From an uncultured virus (IMG/VR IMGVR_UViG_3300010371_000035) (Duplodnaviria; Heunggongvirae; Uroviricota; Caudoviricetes), in IMG/VR virus record IMGVR_UViG_3300010371_000035: DNA of 64,000 nt; one strand, given 5' to 3'. The position numbers and the translations under genes were made by a program. Each line of letters starts with the position of its first letter. The first letter of the stretch is position 1. Shown here piece after piece: positions 21,235 through 32,384 of the stretch. The notes under the pieces are model-generated. The model had not been told where the DNA came from. It did not search any database and saw only the letters and a program-made list of their open reading frames with translations.

Positions 21235-24200
21235 AGTACTTCTCCTACCCTAGAAACTCGCCAGCGACCAACTCGGCGATACGCTTGTCACGTTCCGAGT
21301 AATTTAGAATCTCGCCGGTCTTGGAATTTACTTTCATCCAGCCCAGCTTGTTCTTGTGCTTGTCATAGATCCATAACAAATCTTCAGCCCCCAGCATCGC
21401 CTGTCGGAGTTCAATCAAGCTGTGGCTGTACGTCAGCACTAGATCCGTGCCGTCATCTACCGAGACCTTGTATGTCTTCGACAAGATACGGCGGATTAGA
21501 TTATCCTTTCCGCTTGCCATAGGATTCTAACCTTGCTTTCTCCATCCTATCGTTGCAGTGGCTCGATAGCAGAAGCCAGAACACTGCCTCCTGCATTGCG
21601 GTCATCCTGTTCTCCTTGGGAATCTTGCACAACTCCTCCCCGGTCTTTTGCACAAATTCCCATATCTTACGGTCTTCCATCCATCCATCTCCTGACTATG
21701 AAGGTTCCAAGCATAGACCCAAAAAAGGAACCCAGAAACGAGCCTAGAAACGAGACCGAAAACAATTCCATTATCGAATCCTCCTTGTCTGCGTCCTGCG
21801 CGCCCACTTTAACCGCTGGCCGATTCCGAGCCCAACAAGGACCGCGATAACAAAGAAGACTGCTGGATAGATTACATATTCCATATCACTTCTCCTGTTA
21901 GAGTGCCGCCCAGCCACCAAGACCGGGCGGCTTCTAGACTACGCCCTCTGTTCGATCATATCACGATATAGATCCTGATAAGCTGAGGCGCGTACACCAG
22001 TGGTCCTTTTCTTTGCACCCTTAGCGTTCTTATTATTCAACATTGCCAAGGAACGAGGGCTGTTCCCATGATGGGCTCGACCGTTGATTCTCTCGGTCGG
22101 GCTTGGAGGAGCCAGCTTGTAAACTGCCTCCTCGAAACCGATTCCCCGGTCGAACCGCTTGAGTTGATTTCGACAATCCCTCGGTGTGTGATACCGGACC
22201 CACCGGCCCCGGATCAGCACATAGGTCTTAGTCAGGTAAACCCTGACGTGCCGTACCTTCAACTGCCTCTTCAGCGCGACAGCGATGGCACAGTTTTCAC
22301 AGTCTTTCGCCTTGCCCTTGGCGACGTCCTTCTCATGGACATAGAGCACAAGAGGTCTCCCCGAGTCCACAACTCTAATGCCTTTGATCATCATCGTCTC
22401 GTCACTCCTTCACAATGGGGATCGCAGCCATCATGGCGGCAATCCATTGCTCCAAGTCAGCGATCGCCACCGCATAGGCTCGCCGCCCATACGTCTTTCC
22501 TGTGAACGTTCCCGCTGCATGGAGCAATCTCTGTGGGCTTACTCTATAGTTGATGCGTATTCCTACCTGCGCCAACTTGAGGCCCGCTTTCACAGTCTGA
22601 GCCCGACGCAGCTTCACCGCATCAGGCCCTTCATAAATCGTTGCGTTTTCAGTTATTATGACTCTCGACATGACCTGTCTCCATTCCCCTTACCGGGGTG
22701 CATGAGAACGTCGGTGTTTCCTCGAGACCAACCATCGAGTCTATCGTGTAGAAGGAAACCCTGCCTCTTTCAAGGCAAGAGTTCCTGTGACCCTGATCGA
22801 ACAGATATGGGACAACGAACGCCCATATGAGCAGCATCCAGAACCAAAAGTCAAACTTTGGAGGACTCGACGCCGAGTCCCACAAAGCCTGTAGGTATTT
22901 CATTACTTCACCTCCTCGATTTTCACCGGCACCTTGGCATTATTGATGCGGCGCAGCTTGATGATCAACCAGCGCCACACTTCGTTGATATCCTGACCGA
23001 ACAGATGCTCTACTGTCCCGTCCTCGTACTCAACGCGAAACTGTCTTTCAACCTGCTGCATATGAGCCCCCTTTAGCTACCCCTAGCATAACCCATCTCG
23101 AACTGGAATTATACATGAAATTGCAGGCTCCGGAAACTTCTTAGATCGCCACCGTAATCTGTTCTCCTTCGTGGTAATAGATTCCCTGTCTACGCAATAT
23201 TCTTCTAATCAGTTTCCGTTTATCCTTGCCGATCCCCAGAATCAAAGCCAGAGCTTTGAACGAGTCCCAACGTTCCCCGCGGAAACAGACCGGCAGCGAA
23301 TGCCCGGTATAGGTCGGTGGTTCTTTCAAAAGCAAGTCTATGTGACCGATCTTCGAATCCTGCCAGACCCTCGCTCCGACAGGGCACCATTCAGTTTTAT
23401 GTCCGTTAACCATGTCCTGCCCCTTTCTAAAGTCTAATCGTCTAAAGACGAATAGGTCATGATCGTCGAATAGTTCTGCTGCAACAACCGTTCATCAGCA
23501 ATGGCTACCGTAAGGAGGACAGCCAGGATGGCGAGGATCGCCAGAACAACTGGCATCAGTTCACTCCTCGCATGAGTGCTGCCATGCTCCGCTTGATCAT
23601 TGGCTGGTAATAGAAATTCCTACCCTCAACGTCTACGATGATAAGATGTCCGGCGAGTTGATATCCCTTGATAAGCAACTCGTTCACTTGATCCATGATA
23701 TCCGGGATGTTGGTATCATCCAGGATCACATAGTTCTTTTGGAACCCGCCGCTAATTTCCTCCCCCGGCTTGGGTGCGCGTACGGTCTCCGGTTGGTTCT
23801 GTTTTATCATTATCCTTCTCCTAGATCAGTTTGCTGATTGCGTTGAACACACCCATCTGCTTGGCGTTCACTCCATCCTTGATGGCATAATGAACGATGG
23901 CTCTTCTTGTTCTCCGTTTGGGAAGATCACTAAAAGGAAGTTCGACGTGAACCTTTTCGCCGTTCACCTCACCATGGCAGTAGCTCACATCCCATGCCGG
24001 GTAGCCAGGATCGCTCAGCAACCGCAGCCGCGTCACCTTCAATCCTGGTTCGGTCCAAGGGACTGTCCTGGCCCCTTGAAATTCCTTGTGGTACTCGTTC
24101 CCATTGACGAGTCCATTACTTTCCCGCGCGCCATAGACGTTGCGGTATGGAACAAACTTGTTCATCGACTGCTCCCTCCAAACTTGTCAAAGAAATACGG

Positions 24201-24924
24201 GCTCTGTTCACCGGCTTCCAAAACGCCGAGTTGGAATCCGCGCTCGTATTCTTCAGCCCGGCGGCCCGGTGGATAGTGATGGATGCGGCGACCCTTCTCG
24301 CCATCGTCCTGCCCAATGATCCATGCCAAGTAGACATGGTCACCATTCGTCGTGTATTTCCGTTCGCCCTTCTTGGTCTTGCGCCAATCGGGATCATAAA
24401 GATCTGCCTTGGCAAAGCGGGGAGTCCGCTTGTATTCCTTGAAATCATACATAAGAGCCTCTTCCTCCAGCTAACCGCTGGGGGATCGAGCCGCTCGCGA
24501 GCGGCTCTCACCCGCAGCGTCCCCTACTCGATGGGGGTGATGGTGACCATGAGTGTCTTGCCGGGCATTCCCTGCGGGTAATCGCTCTTCAGGACGTACC
24601 ACTTCCTGGCCCAATCGGGGGTCCCTTGCGGGGCGTACCCTTCCTTCTCGGCATCGGCCTTGCTGGCCGGAGCCATCTGCCAGTCGTAGAGCCAGCAGCC
24701 CTTCGTCTCACGCGCCAACACATACCGTCGGAGGACCGACTTCTGTTCGTTGTTCACAACGAGCGCCGTAACCTTGTTCCTTGCCATCGCTCTGCTCCTT
24801 GCCCTCACCGGGCTTTTGGGTTCACCCCGTTCGCCGGGGGCTGTTTACCAGCAGCCCCACCCTAACCCATGGGTGTGCAGATGTAATGGTGATTTTTACA
24901 GATGATGCATTATCTTAGAAGGCT

Positions 24925-26424
24925 TTAAATCTTCCATGCAGCCAACTCTCGGTGAAGGCTATCGGACAGCTTCTGCCCATTCATGATAACGGAACGGATC
25001 TTCGCATCGTATGTTCCTGGCGCTATGAAGTCGCCATAGACGCAGGCTCGGTTCTGGCCCAGTCTCCAGATACGACGCTCGGTCTGCCGACGCTGTTGAG
25101 AATCATAGCTATTGCTCCAGTAGAACGTGTACCGGCAATTCTTCTGAAAACCATCAGTCCCGGTACCTGCACTCTTCGGCTGGGCAAAGATCAATCTCGC
25201 CTTGCCGTTTATGAATTCTTCCTTGGCAGCCGCCTTCTCCTCTTTGGTCATACCACCGCGATACTTGACGGCCTCTGATCCGAAATGCTTAGTGAGTCTT
25301 TCGATGCACGGCGAAAATCTGCTCCACACGATTACTCGCCCGCGCGTGCGCGCGAGCATACGCTCGAGAGCCTCGGTGCGGAGCTCAGGTATCCATTGCA
25401 AACGGATATCCGGCTTTCCCTCTGCATCTTCATTAGCGTCGTATGGAAGAAATCCACAGGCAACCTGTTGTATGCGCGTCAAGCGCTGCAGCACCATCGG
25501 CATGTAGAGAGTCTTCTTATTGAGCTCGGCAACGAACTCTTCTTTGATCTGCTTTATGAAATCCTTCTGTTGCTTCGTCAACTCGACCGGAAACTCGAGC
25601 CAAGTCCGTTCAGGCATATCGGTACAGTCTTCGATTTCCACTGTGTAGGTGTATGGAGCAACTCGCGCCTTGTAGTCGTCTTCATTGATATAGCCTTCGA
25701 TCTCCTTGCCTTTGAATCCTCCCGACACACAGTATCTGGATTTGAAATCGCCAAAAGTTGCACATCTAAGAATCTTCGGAGAGAGCCATGTGTATTGAGG
25801 ATACGCCAGCTCCAGTCGCCCGCCCGGCACCGGATAACCAGAGGAGATGCGACGATAGGCTCCTAGCTCGCGAAGCAAGCGAAGAGTCTTGGTGGTTCGA
25901 GAATCATGGTGCATCATCATTTGAGACTCGTCCACAACGAATCCCATTCGTCCGCTTTTGAGAAACCGCTCCATGTGCTTGAGTGCATTCTTCTGCCTCG
26001 AACGCCAAAGAGCCCTCCGCGCTCGGAAGGCTGCATTGGATTCGTTCTTCTCGCGAGGCGGCGGTTTTGGCCGACGGCGAAACGCCTCGGGATAGATGGT
26101 AAATATCCGAGGCAGTTTCGTCTTTTGGAGCGGCGGTGGCTCCGGCCATACTGCCGTGATGCATTCCTGATCTGTTGTCTTGGGCAGCTCCGTTGTGATC
26201 CATTGATCATGCACGTCAACCGGGGCGACGACCAGCAAGCCGTCAACATATCCCGCCTGCCACATAGCGAGAAACTCTCTTAGGAGCATGTAGGTCTTGC
26301 CAACTCCCAGGTCAGGGAAGAGAGCGAAATACTTCTTAAAGATCATCCGCTCGTAGGCGATATCCTGCTGCTCGTACGCCGCCGGTCTTAGGAACATTAT
26401 TTGATTCCGTTTTTCCACATGCAC
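24925..26424 (-). CDS. SNF2-family helicase
   Basis: DLGVGKT (Walker A), VVDESQ, SGYP, QTERRIWRLGQ motifs. Confidence 0.9.
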   Translation of the reverse strand: MHVEKRNQIMFLRPAAYEQQDIAYERMIFKKYFALFPDLGVGKTYMLLREFLAMWQAGYVDGLLVVAPVDVHDQWITTELPKTTDQECITAVWPEPPPLQKTKLPRIFTIYPEAFRRRPKPPPREKNESNAAFRARRALWRSRQKNALKHMERFLKSGRMGFVVDESQMMMHHDSRTTKTLRLLRELGAYRRISSGYPVPGGRLELAYPQYTWLSPKILRCATFGDFKSRYCVSGGFKGKEIEGYINEDDYKARVAPYTYTVEIEDCTDMPERTWLEFPVELTKQQKDFIKQIKEEFVAELNKKTLYMPMVLQRLTRIQQVACGFLPYDANEDAEGKPDIRLQWIPELRTEALERMLARTRGRVIVWSRFSPCIERLTKHFGSEAVKYRGGMTKEEKAAAKEEFINGKARLIFAQPKSAGTGTDGFQKNCRYTFYWSNSYDSQQRRQTERRIWRLGQNRACVYGDFIAPGTYDAKIRSVIMNGQKLSDSLHRELAAWKI

Positions 26425-26496
26425 GAGTAGATAGCTTGTCGAGATACTACGAGCTTCCCGGCGATATTAATCACCGAGAGCCCTTCTTCACGCAAC

Positions 26497-27087
26497 TTAC
26501 GAACCTTCTCCGGATCGATCGCGCTCGCTTTTGGTCTTCGGCCATATACCCGCTTCCCTGTAGACGTCTCGATCTTCGGCAAACTCACCTCTAACGTTCT
26601 CTTCCTCCTTCGCATCGTATCCGAAGGGATGCTCTTGTTCGGTAGTGGGCTTGCGGCCTCCTTTGTCGTAGTCTCGCTTGACTCTCTGAGAAGGTTGCTC
26701 TTCGAGGACGTATCGGACATGATGCAATGCCTCTTCAATATCGGCCAATGTGCGCCACCGGAACAGTAGCTCAATGGCCTTGGCTGTATGTTCGTCTTTG
26801 ACTTTGTTGGCCGAACAGAACAATCCGATGCTTTCCACAGTCGGCACCATGGAAGCCCGATTCTTCCGTCTCCCCGCTTCTGTAAGTTCGATCAGCTTGG
26901 CGACGATATGCTGGGACTTCTCGAGGTCTTGAACCGGCATCCCTTTCTTATCCCATCGCACCAGATACTTGGTCGCATATCCTTCCAAATAGCCGATACC
27001 GTGGTCCTCGATAAAATCCCAGTGCTGGTACCGCCCAGCCTGCGAGTAGTGGTCCCCGCCAACCTGATAGTCATTCGCCTTAGTCAT
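26497..27087 (-). CDS. DUF3310 (SaV/T7 gp1.7-like) protein, putative nucleotide kinase
   Basis: QVGGDHY...YLEGYATKYLVRW.KKG...DLEK motif. Confidence 0.8.
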   Translation of the reverse strand: MTKANDYQVGGDHYSQAGRYQHWDFIEDHGIGYLEGYATKYLVRWDKKGMPVQDLEKSQHIVAKLIELTEAGRRKNRASMVPTVESIGLFCSANKVKDEHTAKAIELLFRWRTLADIEEALHHVRYVLEEQPSQRVKRDYDKGGRKPTTEQEHPFGYDAKEEENVRGEFAEDRDVYREAGIWPKTKSERDRSGEGS

Positions 27088-27613
27088 AAGTATCCTCCTG
27101 CATCAAGACTTGGAACACTTCGCGAACTTCTGAAGGCAACGTGATCTCGCGCATCTTCATCGTTGCTTTGTGGTAGGATTTTCTCACAAGCTGATTACCA
27201 GCCAACAGATTCTGACGAAGGAATATCCATGCGTCAAACAAATCTGCCGCTTTGAGCCAGCGCATGTCTTGTTCGTCTAGATCGTTCTCATTCCAGAGCT
27301 CGTGCGTGCTTAGGATTCCTCCTTCGGCAGCGTCAATGATTTCTCGAACACCTGGATAGTCTTTGAACCATCGAGGGATATCGCCTGTCACATATTCAGG
27401 CACATCGTGAACCATCGCCGCCAAGATCAATTGCTTGCCTGGATTTGGATGTAACAGCAGGATGATCATCACGACGTTCCAAGTGTGAGCCGCGATTGTC
27501 TCCTCACGGATCACATGTGTTCGAGCATGCCAACGACGGACCTGACCAGCATTGTAGCAAAACATAAGCCGATCTACAAGAAATCGGACTCTTGTTTCTT
27601 CTCTTGATGCCAT
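27080..27613 (-). CDS. HD-domain 5'-deoxynucleotidase/dNTP pyrophosphatase (YfbR-like)
   Basis: VRRWH...ETIAAHTW...HDVPEYVTGDIP...KAADLFD; start uncertain. Confidence 0.85.
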   Translation of the reverse strand: MASREETRVRFLVDRLMFCYNAGQVRRWHARTHVIREETIAAHTWNVVMIILLLHPNPGKQLILAAMVHDVPEYVTGDIPRWFKDYPGVREIIDAAEGGILSTHELWNENDLDEQDMRWLKAADLFDAWIFLRQNLLAGNQLVRKSYHKATMKMREITLPSEVREVFQVLMQEDTYD

Positions 27614-27739
27614 CTCCATACCCTCACTGCTATTGCTTTCGTCACCGATTCTGCATTGGCTGAGATCTGAATTATTCGATCCCAGCTTGGGCTCTGAAGA
27701 CTGTCCGTCTCGTAGATTACCCGACATAGCTCGTCTAAC

Positions 27740-28756
27740 TCACGTTTGGTTGGCTTTCGCATTCCTTGCCTCGATCCGATTATCGAACCATTGAAGGGCT
27801 GCCTCTTGCCAGTCAGGTGCAGCAATCTGCATCGCCCAGCTCCCGGCCTTCTCTGGATCTTTCTCATGCACGAACGCATGCCATGCACGATACATCGGTA
27901 CGGCAATTCTGGCAAAGAACGGTGTATGCCAATCGTCTACTTCTGGTCCTCCCATTGTATATTGATCTATGAAGAACTTGGCGTCTCGCTGCCATTGGCT
28001 GATCATATCCGCTTTCGGCAACACCATGATATGTGACGGGTCGATGCCAATCTCATTGTAAGGATCTGGCGGCATCGGCTGTACCTTGCCGATCAATTTC
28101 TTGGTGACGTCAAACTCGGTATAGATATGAAAGTTGCTGCTGATCTGCGCATAGTATCCGATCTCACATCCAATGGCTGTTGCAATATACTCCTGCAAAA
28201 AACTGAAATGCACGACATTGGCTCCGTAAGCGCCATAGAGCATATCGTTGCTTCGGTTGAATACTGTCATGTCCAACTGACCGTCTCGGACATAGAACGA
28301 GATGCCGGTATTGCACGGGATATCCTTGCCGTCTCGGAAGCAATCGTTCATCCAAAAGATCGGGATGTAAGCCCTCCGAGTGCTCTTATCGTTTTGCAGT
28401 CGGTTGATTATCGACGTCAGCACCTTACTCCAACGATAGCCATAGCTCGAGACGAGCGTGACACCATCGTCCGAATACTCCTGCATACGTTTGTTGAACT
28501 TGACCAACCACGCTACTTCATTTCGCCCGGCCAGCATCCAAATGGACTCGAAGAAATGGAAGAAAGGATTGCAGTCACGCACCTTGTCGAAGAGCACACG
28601 CTTCCTTGGCTCGAGAAAGATCGTTGTGACCGGAAAGATCGAGCGACGCACCGGGCCATTGCGCGAAGGCTCCTCGATGACCGGAGCATTCTTATCCCAC
28701 ATCATGTGCCACATGACAGGGAAGGCTTCGTTGATGTTGTTGAAGATATATTCCAT
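27740..28756 (-). CDS. Thymidylate-synthase homologue, probable dUMP hydroxymethyltransferase
   Basis: RNGPV, NPFFHFFESIWMLAGRN, YGYRW, KDIPCN (catalytic Cys), NRSND, and GANVVHFS with the dUMP-specifying Asn. Confidence 0.85.
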   Translation of the reverse strand: MEYIFNNINEAFPVMWHMMWDKNAPVIEEPSRNGPVRRSIFPVTTIFLEPRKRVLFDKVRDCNPFFHFFESIWMLAGRNEVAWLVKFNKRMQEYSDDGVTLVSSYGYRWSKVLTSIINRLQNDKSTRRAYIPIFWMNDCFRDGKDIPCNTGISFYVRDGQLDMTVFNRSNDMLYGAYGANVVHFSFLQEYIATAIGCEIGYYAQISSNFHIYTEFDVTKKLIGKVQPMPPDPYNEIGIDPSHIMVLPKADMISQWQRDAKFFIDQYTMGGPEVDDWHTPFFARIAVPMYRAWHAFVHEKDPEKAGSWAMQIAAPDWQEAALQWFDNRIEARNAKANQT

Positions 28757-28770
28757 GTCCGGTTCTCCTT

Positions 28771-29457
28771 CTAGATATACTGCCGTACGCCATCTTCTAA
28801 CTCAGCTAATTGATTCAAATCGTTCCAGCCCTTGTACTCTATCGCTCGACGGGCCTGCAGCTTGGGCATGCGAGCCAATGCCTCAGACAAATAGACATCT
28901 TCTGCATGTATAGACTGACACAAGTTAAACATATTGAGTAGATAGACGCCAGCCACGGCATCTTCTGAGATTGGTCGTTTCTCGGCTATCTCTAGAATAC
29001 GACCGACACCGTCCTTGCGAACGTAGGACCATCGTTCGTCATTCTTTTGCTTCGGTCGAAACGTGAACACGACACCTGGACATTTGTCGTAGTCCAAGCT
29101 CTGGATACCTTCGATGATGCTTTTGCGATCGATCACATTGTCACAGTTGCTGATCAGCACAAAGTTTCTAAGACGTGTTGTCCGTAGCCAACGATAGACC
29201 GTCTGCGCTTGGCCAGATGTCGGCTCGATGAAATGCACCACTGTTTCTCGTCCAAGCGGCGGACAGCCCATTTCACGTCGTACAGCAATCTCGACATCCA
29301 TCTCATCCGGAACCATATTGATTACTTCATTGATTGCCAACCAGTTCCGATCCTTCTCTTCGACATGGATAAACGGTTTTACTCCACGAGCCTTTACCCT
29401 CTCGCCCAGACCTGCAGCCGGGACGAACATCACGAAATCTTCCATGGTAAATCTCAT
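28771..29457 (-). CDS. Sugar/alcohol-phosphate nucleotidyltransferase
   Basis: PAAGLGER...KPFI, NCDN, WSYV....G.ILEIAEK.PIS..AVAGVY motifs. Confidence 0.85.
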   Translation of the reverse strand: MRFTMEDFVMFVPAAGLGERVKARGVKPFIHVEEKDRNWLAINEVINMVPDEMDVEIAVRREMGCPPLGRETVVHFIEPTSGQAQTVYRWLRTTRLRNFVLISNCDNVIDRKSIIEGIQSLDYDKCPGVVFTFRPKQKNDERWSYVRKDGVGRILEIAEKRPISEDAVAGVYLLNMFNLCQSIHAEDVYLSEALARMPKLQARRAIEYKGWNDLNQLAELEDGVRQYI

Positions 29458-30212
29458 AGCAATTCATCCTTCTTCTCGTAGAGCCAGGAACAGTAGTCGA
29501 TGTTGTCGTCGCAAATTTCCTTCTGCCAATCTTCCTTTGCCCGCACTTTGATCCGCATGAAGTGTACGGCACACCAGAATGGAGCCATGTGGCATTCTTT
29601 CATTATCGCTCGGACATGGGCAGCGTGGAATTTGGTGCGTTGCTGTGGACTGTTCTTATCCCATCCAATAAGGCTCTGCAGCAACTTACCGTAATCTACA
29701 TCCTTATGTGGCGGAATATAGTCATGCCGCTTTGCCTGCCAGTCTATGAATTTGTAGATCTTGGTGCGCTCGATCACGGTGTTCTCGTGCGTTAGATCTC
29801 CGTGAGTAAGACAAGCTGGAATATTCTCATAATACAATTGAAGGAACGGCAGAGATGGAAGGGTAATTTCATTCAACCATCCCTGAGACTCGATATACTC
29901 AAATGTCTTTCGCGCACTGTAGATCGGCGCGTTCTTATGGATCCACTTTTCGGGAATAAACCAATAGTTCTTCATCGAGGCTTCGGCTATCCGCCAATGC
30001 CATTCACGATAGATCGGAGGGCCCAAAGATTGTTTGATCGTTTCCATGACATAGCTTGACTTGCCCAGCCAGTAAATCCTAGGAACGTTCAGAGGCTGAT
30101 AGTCTCCGATCTCCAGCATCACCCGGCCTTGTTCGGCGACCAGTGGCGAGCCGCTCTTTACCGTAAAGAATGGCGTCACCAATATATTCTCTCCTGACAG
30201 GTTTCGCTTCAT
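29454..30212 (-). CDS. APH/choline-kinase-like phosphotransferase
   Basis: HGDLTHEN (Brenner motif), FIDW, D.DYGKLLQS. Confidence 0.85.
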   Translation of the reverse strand: MKRNLSGENILVTPFFTVKSGSPLVAEQGRVMLEIGDYQPLNVPRIYWLGKSSYVMETIKQSLGPPIYREWHWRIAEASMKNYWFIPEKWIHKNAPIYSARKTFEYIESQGWLNEITLPSLPFLQLYYENIPACLTHGDLTHENTVIERTKIYKFIDWQAKRHDYIPPHKDVDYGKLLQSLIGWDKNSPQQRTKFHAAHVRAIMKECHMAPFWCAVHFMRIKVRAKEDWQKEICDDNIDYCSWLYEKKDELL

Positions 30213-31075
30213 TCTCCTCTCCCTTGCTTTATCGCCTTCTTCCATGCCACCACGATCCGCTTTGGACCCAATCGTTCGGCATCCTCGGTACGTACGATAA
30301 CACGTACAATTCCTGGATGCAATTTTCCCATTAAGTCAGCACCGTCTGATATGATCTTCGAATTACGGCCGCTGGCAGTCTCTCCACCACTAGCATTGAA
30401 TCCTCGAGGATCGTTAGTCGCTCCCCACATATAGATTGCATTCTCAAATCCGGCCTCCAGCAACTGGAGCGTATAGTCTAAGTCCTCGAACATCCGCACG
30501 CGCCCCAGCTTGCATACTTCCATGACCGTAGGGACATGGTATGCTAGAGCATGTGTTGCTTTGTGATTGAGAATGAACTCGTGGCCGTGGACTTGATTCA
30601 TATATCGCTGGCTGATCCCGCCATGACGATAGTCGTCAAGCATCTCTTCTACACGGCGGAACATAGCACTAGTGGACTTATGGTTCGCATCGTGGATCCG
30701 GCCGTAACTCCGATCTTTCTTTACCATCTCAGGCCACGCTTTTGGATCGCCTTGCTGATACCCAGCGTAGCTCTTATGAACATGCAGACGGGTACTGAAT
30801 CGAAGATCGTCGTCAAGCACGAGTATCTTCTCATACCTCATCTCAGAAGCGTGGCGGAATATCCACGCTCGCTTGGCGGCGATGTTGGCGCAATCCCTTG
30901 GAGCGGGACAAGCTACTTCAAACGCATTTGGGAACATACGATGCAGAGCATGCATCTCGTCTCTTGGGCAGACAAGAGTCGTGCGTTCCTGCCATTCCAT
31001 TGGCAAGCCCGCCATCGTGATCTGATAATCGAGGCGCTTATGCGTCGGGACGTAGATCATCATTTCGCCGGTCAT
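30209..31075 (-). CDS. GT-A fold DNA glycosyltransferase (GREB1/TAGT-like) 1
   Basis: IYVPTHKR, IAAKRAWI, LVLDDD, EDLDYTLQLL, GG motifs. Confidence 0.8.
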   Translation of the reverse strand: MTGEMMIYVPTHKRLDYQITMAGLPMEWQERTTLVCPRDEMHALHRMFPNAFEVACPAPRDCANIAAKRAWIFRHASEMRYEKILVLDDDLRFSTRLHVHKSYAGYQQGDPKAWPEMVKKDRSYGRIHDANHKSTSAMFRRVEEMLDDYRHGGISQRYMNQVHGHEFILNHKATHALAYHVPTVMEVCKLGRVRMFEDLDYTLQLLEAGFENAIYMWGATNDPRGFNASGGETASGRNSKIISDGADLMGKLHPGIVRVIVRTEDAERLGPKRIVVAWKKAIKQGRGE

Positions 31076-31191
31076 GGGTCACCCATATCCTGTACATTGT
31101 CATAGCTGCTATCGCCAACACTAGATAGGTTATCATGGCCGCGGCCGCAGCCACGATCCCTAGGACAAACCCTGTCCAGAACGGATCCATG

Positions 31192-32061
31192 TCAGCCTAC
31201 CAGTCCTGTCTTACCAAGCTGGATGGCGTTCTGCCAACGTATGACTACCTCGGCACGCGGCGTACTGACGAGATAGTCTTTCTGTTTTACCTTTACCAGC
31301 CCCGGATGCAGCCGGGCCAGCTTATAGGCATCGGCATTGCTCGCCTTCATACTCCGTTCGAGACTGGCTCCTCCTTCGGCATTGTATCCTTCGTATTGCT
31401 CGACCACGACCCAGCAGTAGATAGCGTTCTCGAACCCTTTCTTCATAAGCTGGAGCGTGTAATCGAAATCCTCACGATGTTCGATCCGGCCCAGCTTGCA
31501 ATGCTTGATCACAGTTGGCACGTGATAAGCGTTGGCATACATAGACCGGCGGTTTAGCATGAACTCACCCCACATCTCTTGGTTCATGAGACGTGGGCCA
31601 AATCCTCCATGCCGATAGGTGTTTAGCATAGACTCGATGCGGCGAAACGCCAGATCGATCTTCGGGTCCTCGGGGTCTGAGCATTTGTAGAGCCCAGATG
31701 CTTCTGGATGTTTTTCACGATACGCTCGCCAATCCTTCGCCGTGCCTTTCTGAAAACCGGCAAACTGTTTGACGTACTCGTGGCGCGGGCAGAACGACAA
31801 GTCGTCGTCCAACATCATGATCTTTTCCTGTTTCAGACCCGCTGCGGTCTTAAAGATGAACGCTCGCTTCTGGGCAATCGACATCTTAGGATCAGGCTGC
31901 ATGATGCAAGCGCACGACGGCCAGTTCTTCAAATGCGCGTGCATCTCATCTTTCGGGCAAACGATCGTTGTCCGTTTGCGCCATGCCTCCGGCATGTTCT
32001 GCAAGGTCAGTTGGATATCGACCCTACCGCGCGTAGGGATATAGAGTCGCATGCCGCTCAT
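31192..32061 (-). CDS. GT-A fold DNA glycosyltransferase (GREB1/TAGT-like) 2
   Basis: LYIPTRGR, IAQKRAFI, MMLDDD, EDFDYTLQLM, GGAS..R motifs; paralog of the neighbouring gene. Confidence 0.8.
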   Translation of the reverse strand: MSGMRLYIPTRGRVDIQLTLQNMPEAWRKRTTIVCPKDEMHAHLKNWPSCACIMQPDPKMSIAQKRAFIFKTAAGLKQEKIMMLDDDLSFCPRHEYVKQFAGFQKGTAKDWRAYREKHPEASGLYKCSDPEDPKIDLAFRRIESMLNTYRHGGFGPRLMNQEMWGEFMLNRRSMYANAYHVPTVIKHCKLGRIEHREDFDYTLQLMKKGFENAIYCWVVVEQYEGYNAEGGASLERSMKASNADAYKLARLHPGLVKVKQKDYLVSTPRAEVVIRWQNAIQLGKTGLVG

Positions 32062-32384
32062 TGTTGGTTCATCCGGTTGTCGATTTCCATTCGACGATTG
32101 ATCTCACGCAGTCGCTCTTGTCCACTGTTAGTGATCTTAAAGATACGGCATGGCGTCGGCATGTTATCCTTCCCGGGCGGGAGCATGGGATTCGGCAGTA
32201 CCGGCTGCAGGTCCCAGAAACGGATCCAGCCCATCTCCATGCACTTCTGCCATGCAAGATTCATCTCTGGTTCTTGGAATACAGCGCCGACACCCATGAC
32301 CAGTTTCTTCTCAGCCTCAACTAGGATGTTACGCTCGAAGTTCGGCTTAGAGCCGATGCCCGGAACGACGATATGTGGCTTCAT
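32058..32384 (-). CDS. Hypothetical protein
   Basis: Coupled (ATGA overlaps) inside the modification operon. Confidence 0.55.
   Translation of the reverse strand: MKPHIVVPGIGSKPNFERNILVEAEKKLVMGVGAVFQEPEMNLAWQKCMEMGWIRFWDLQPVLPNPMLPPGKDNMPTPCRIFKITNSGQERLREINRRMEIDNRMNQQ

Larger units (their letters stand above)
17779..24808 (-). other. Cluster of about 20 small, tightly packed early/accessory genes
   Basis: Overlapping start/stop codons and GGAG RBSs on the minus strand (e.g. 17779-18144, 18168-18416, 18388-18636, 21245-21520, 21939-22394, 22402-22671, 23821-24165, 24162-24452). Confidence 0.7.

Noticed and set aside
27740..28756. dCMP hydroxymethylase (T4-like hmC pathway)
   Set aside because: The specificity residue is Asn (dUMP-type) and a 5-hmdU DNA kinase is in the same operon.
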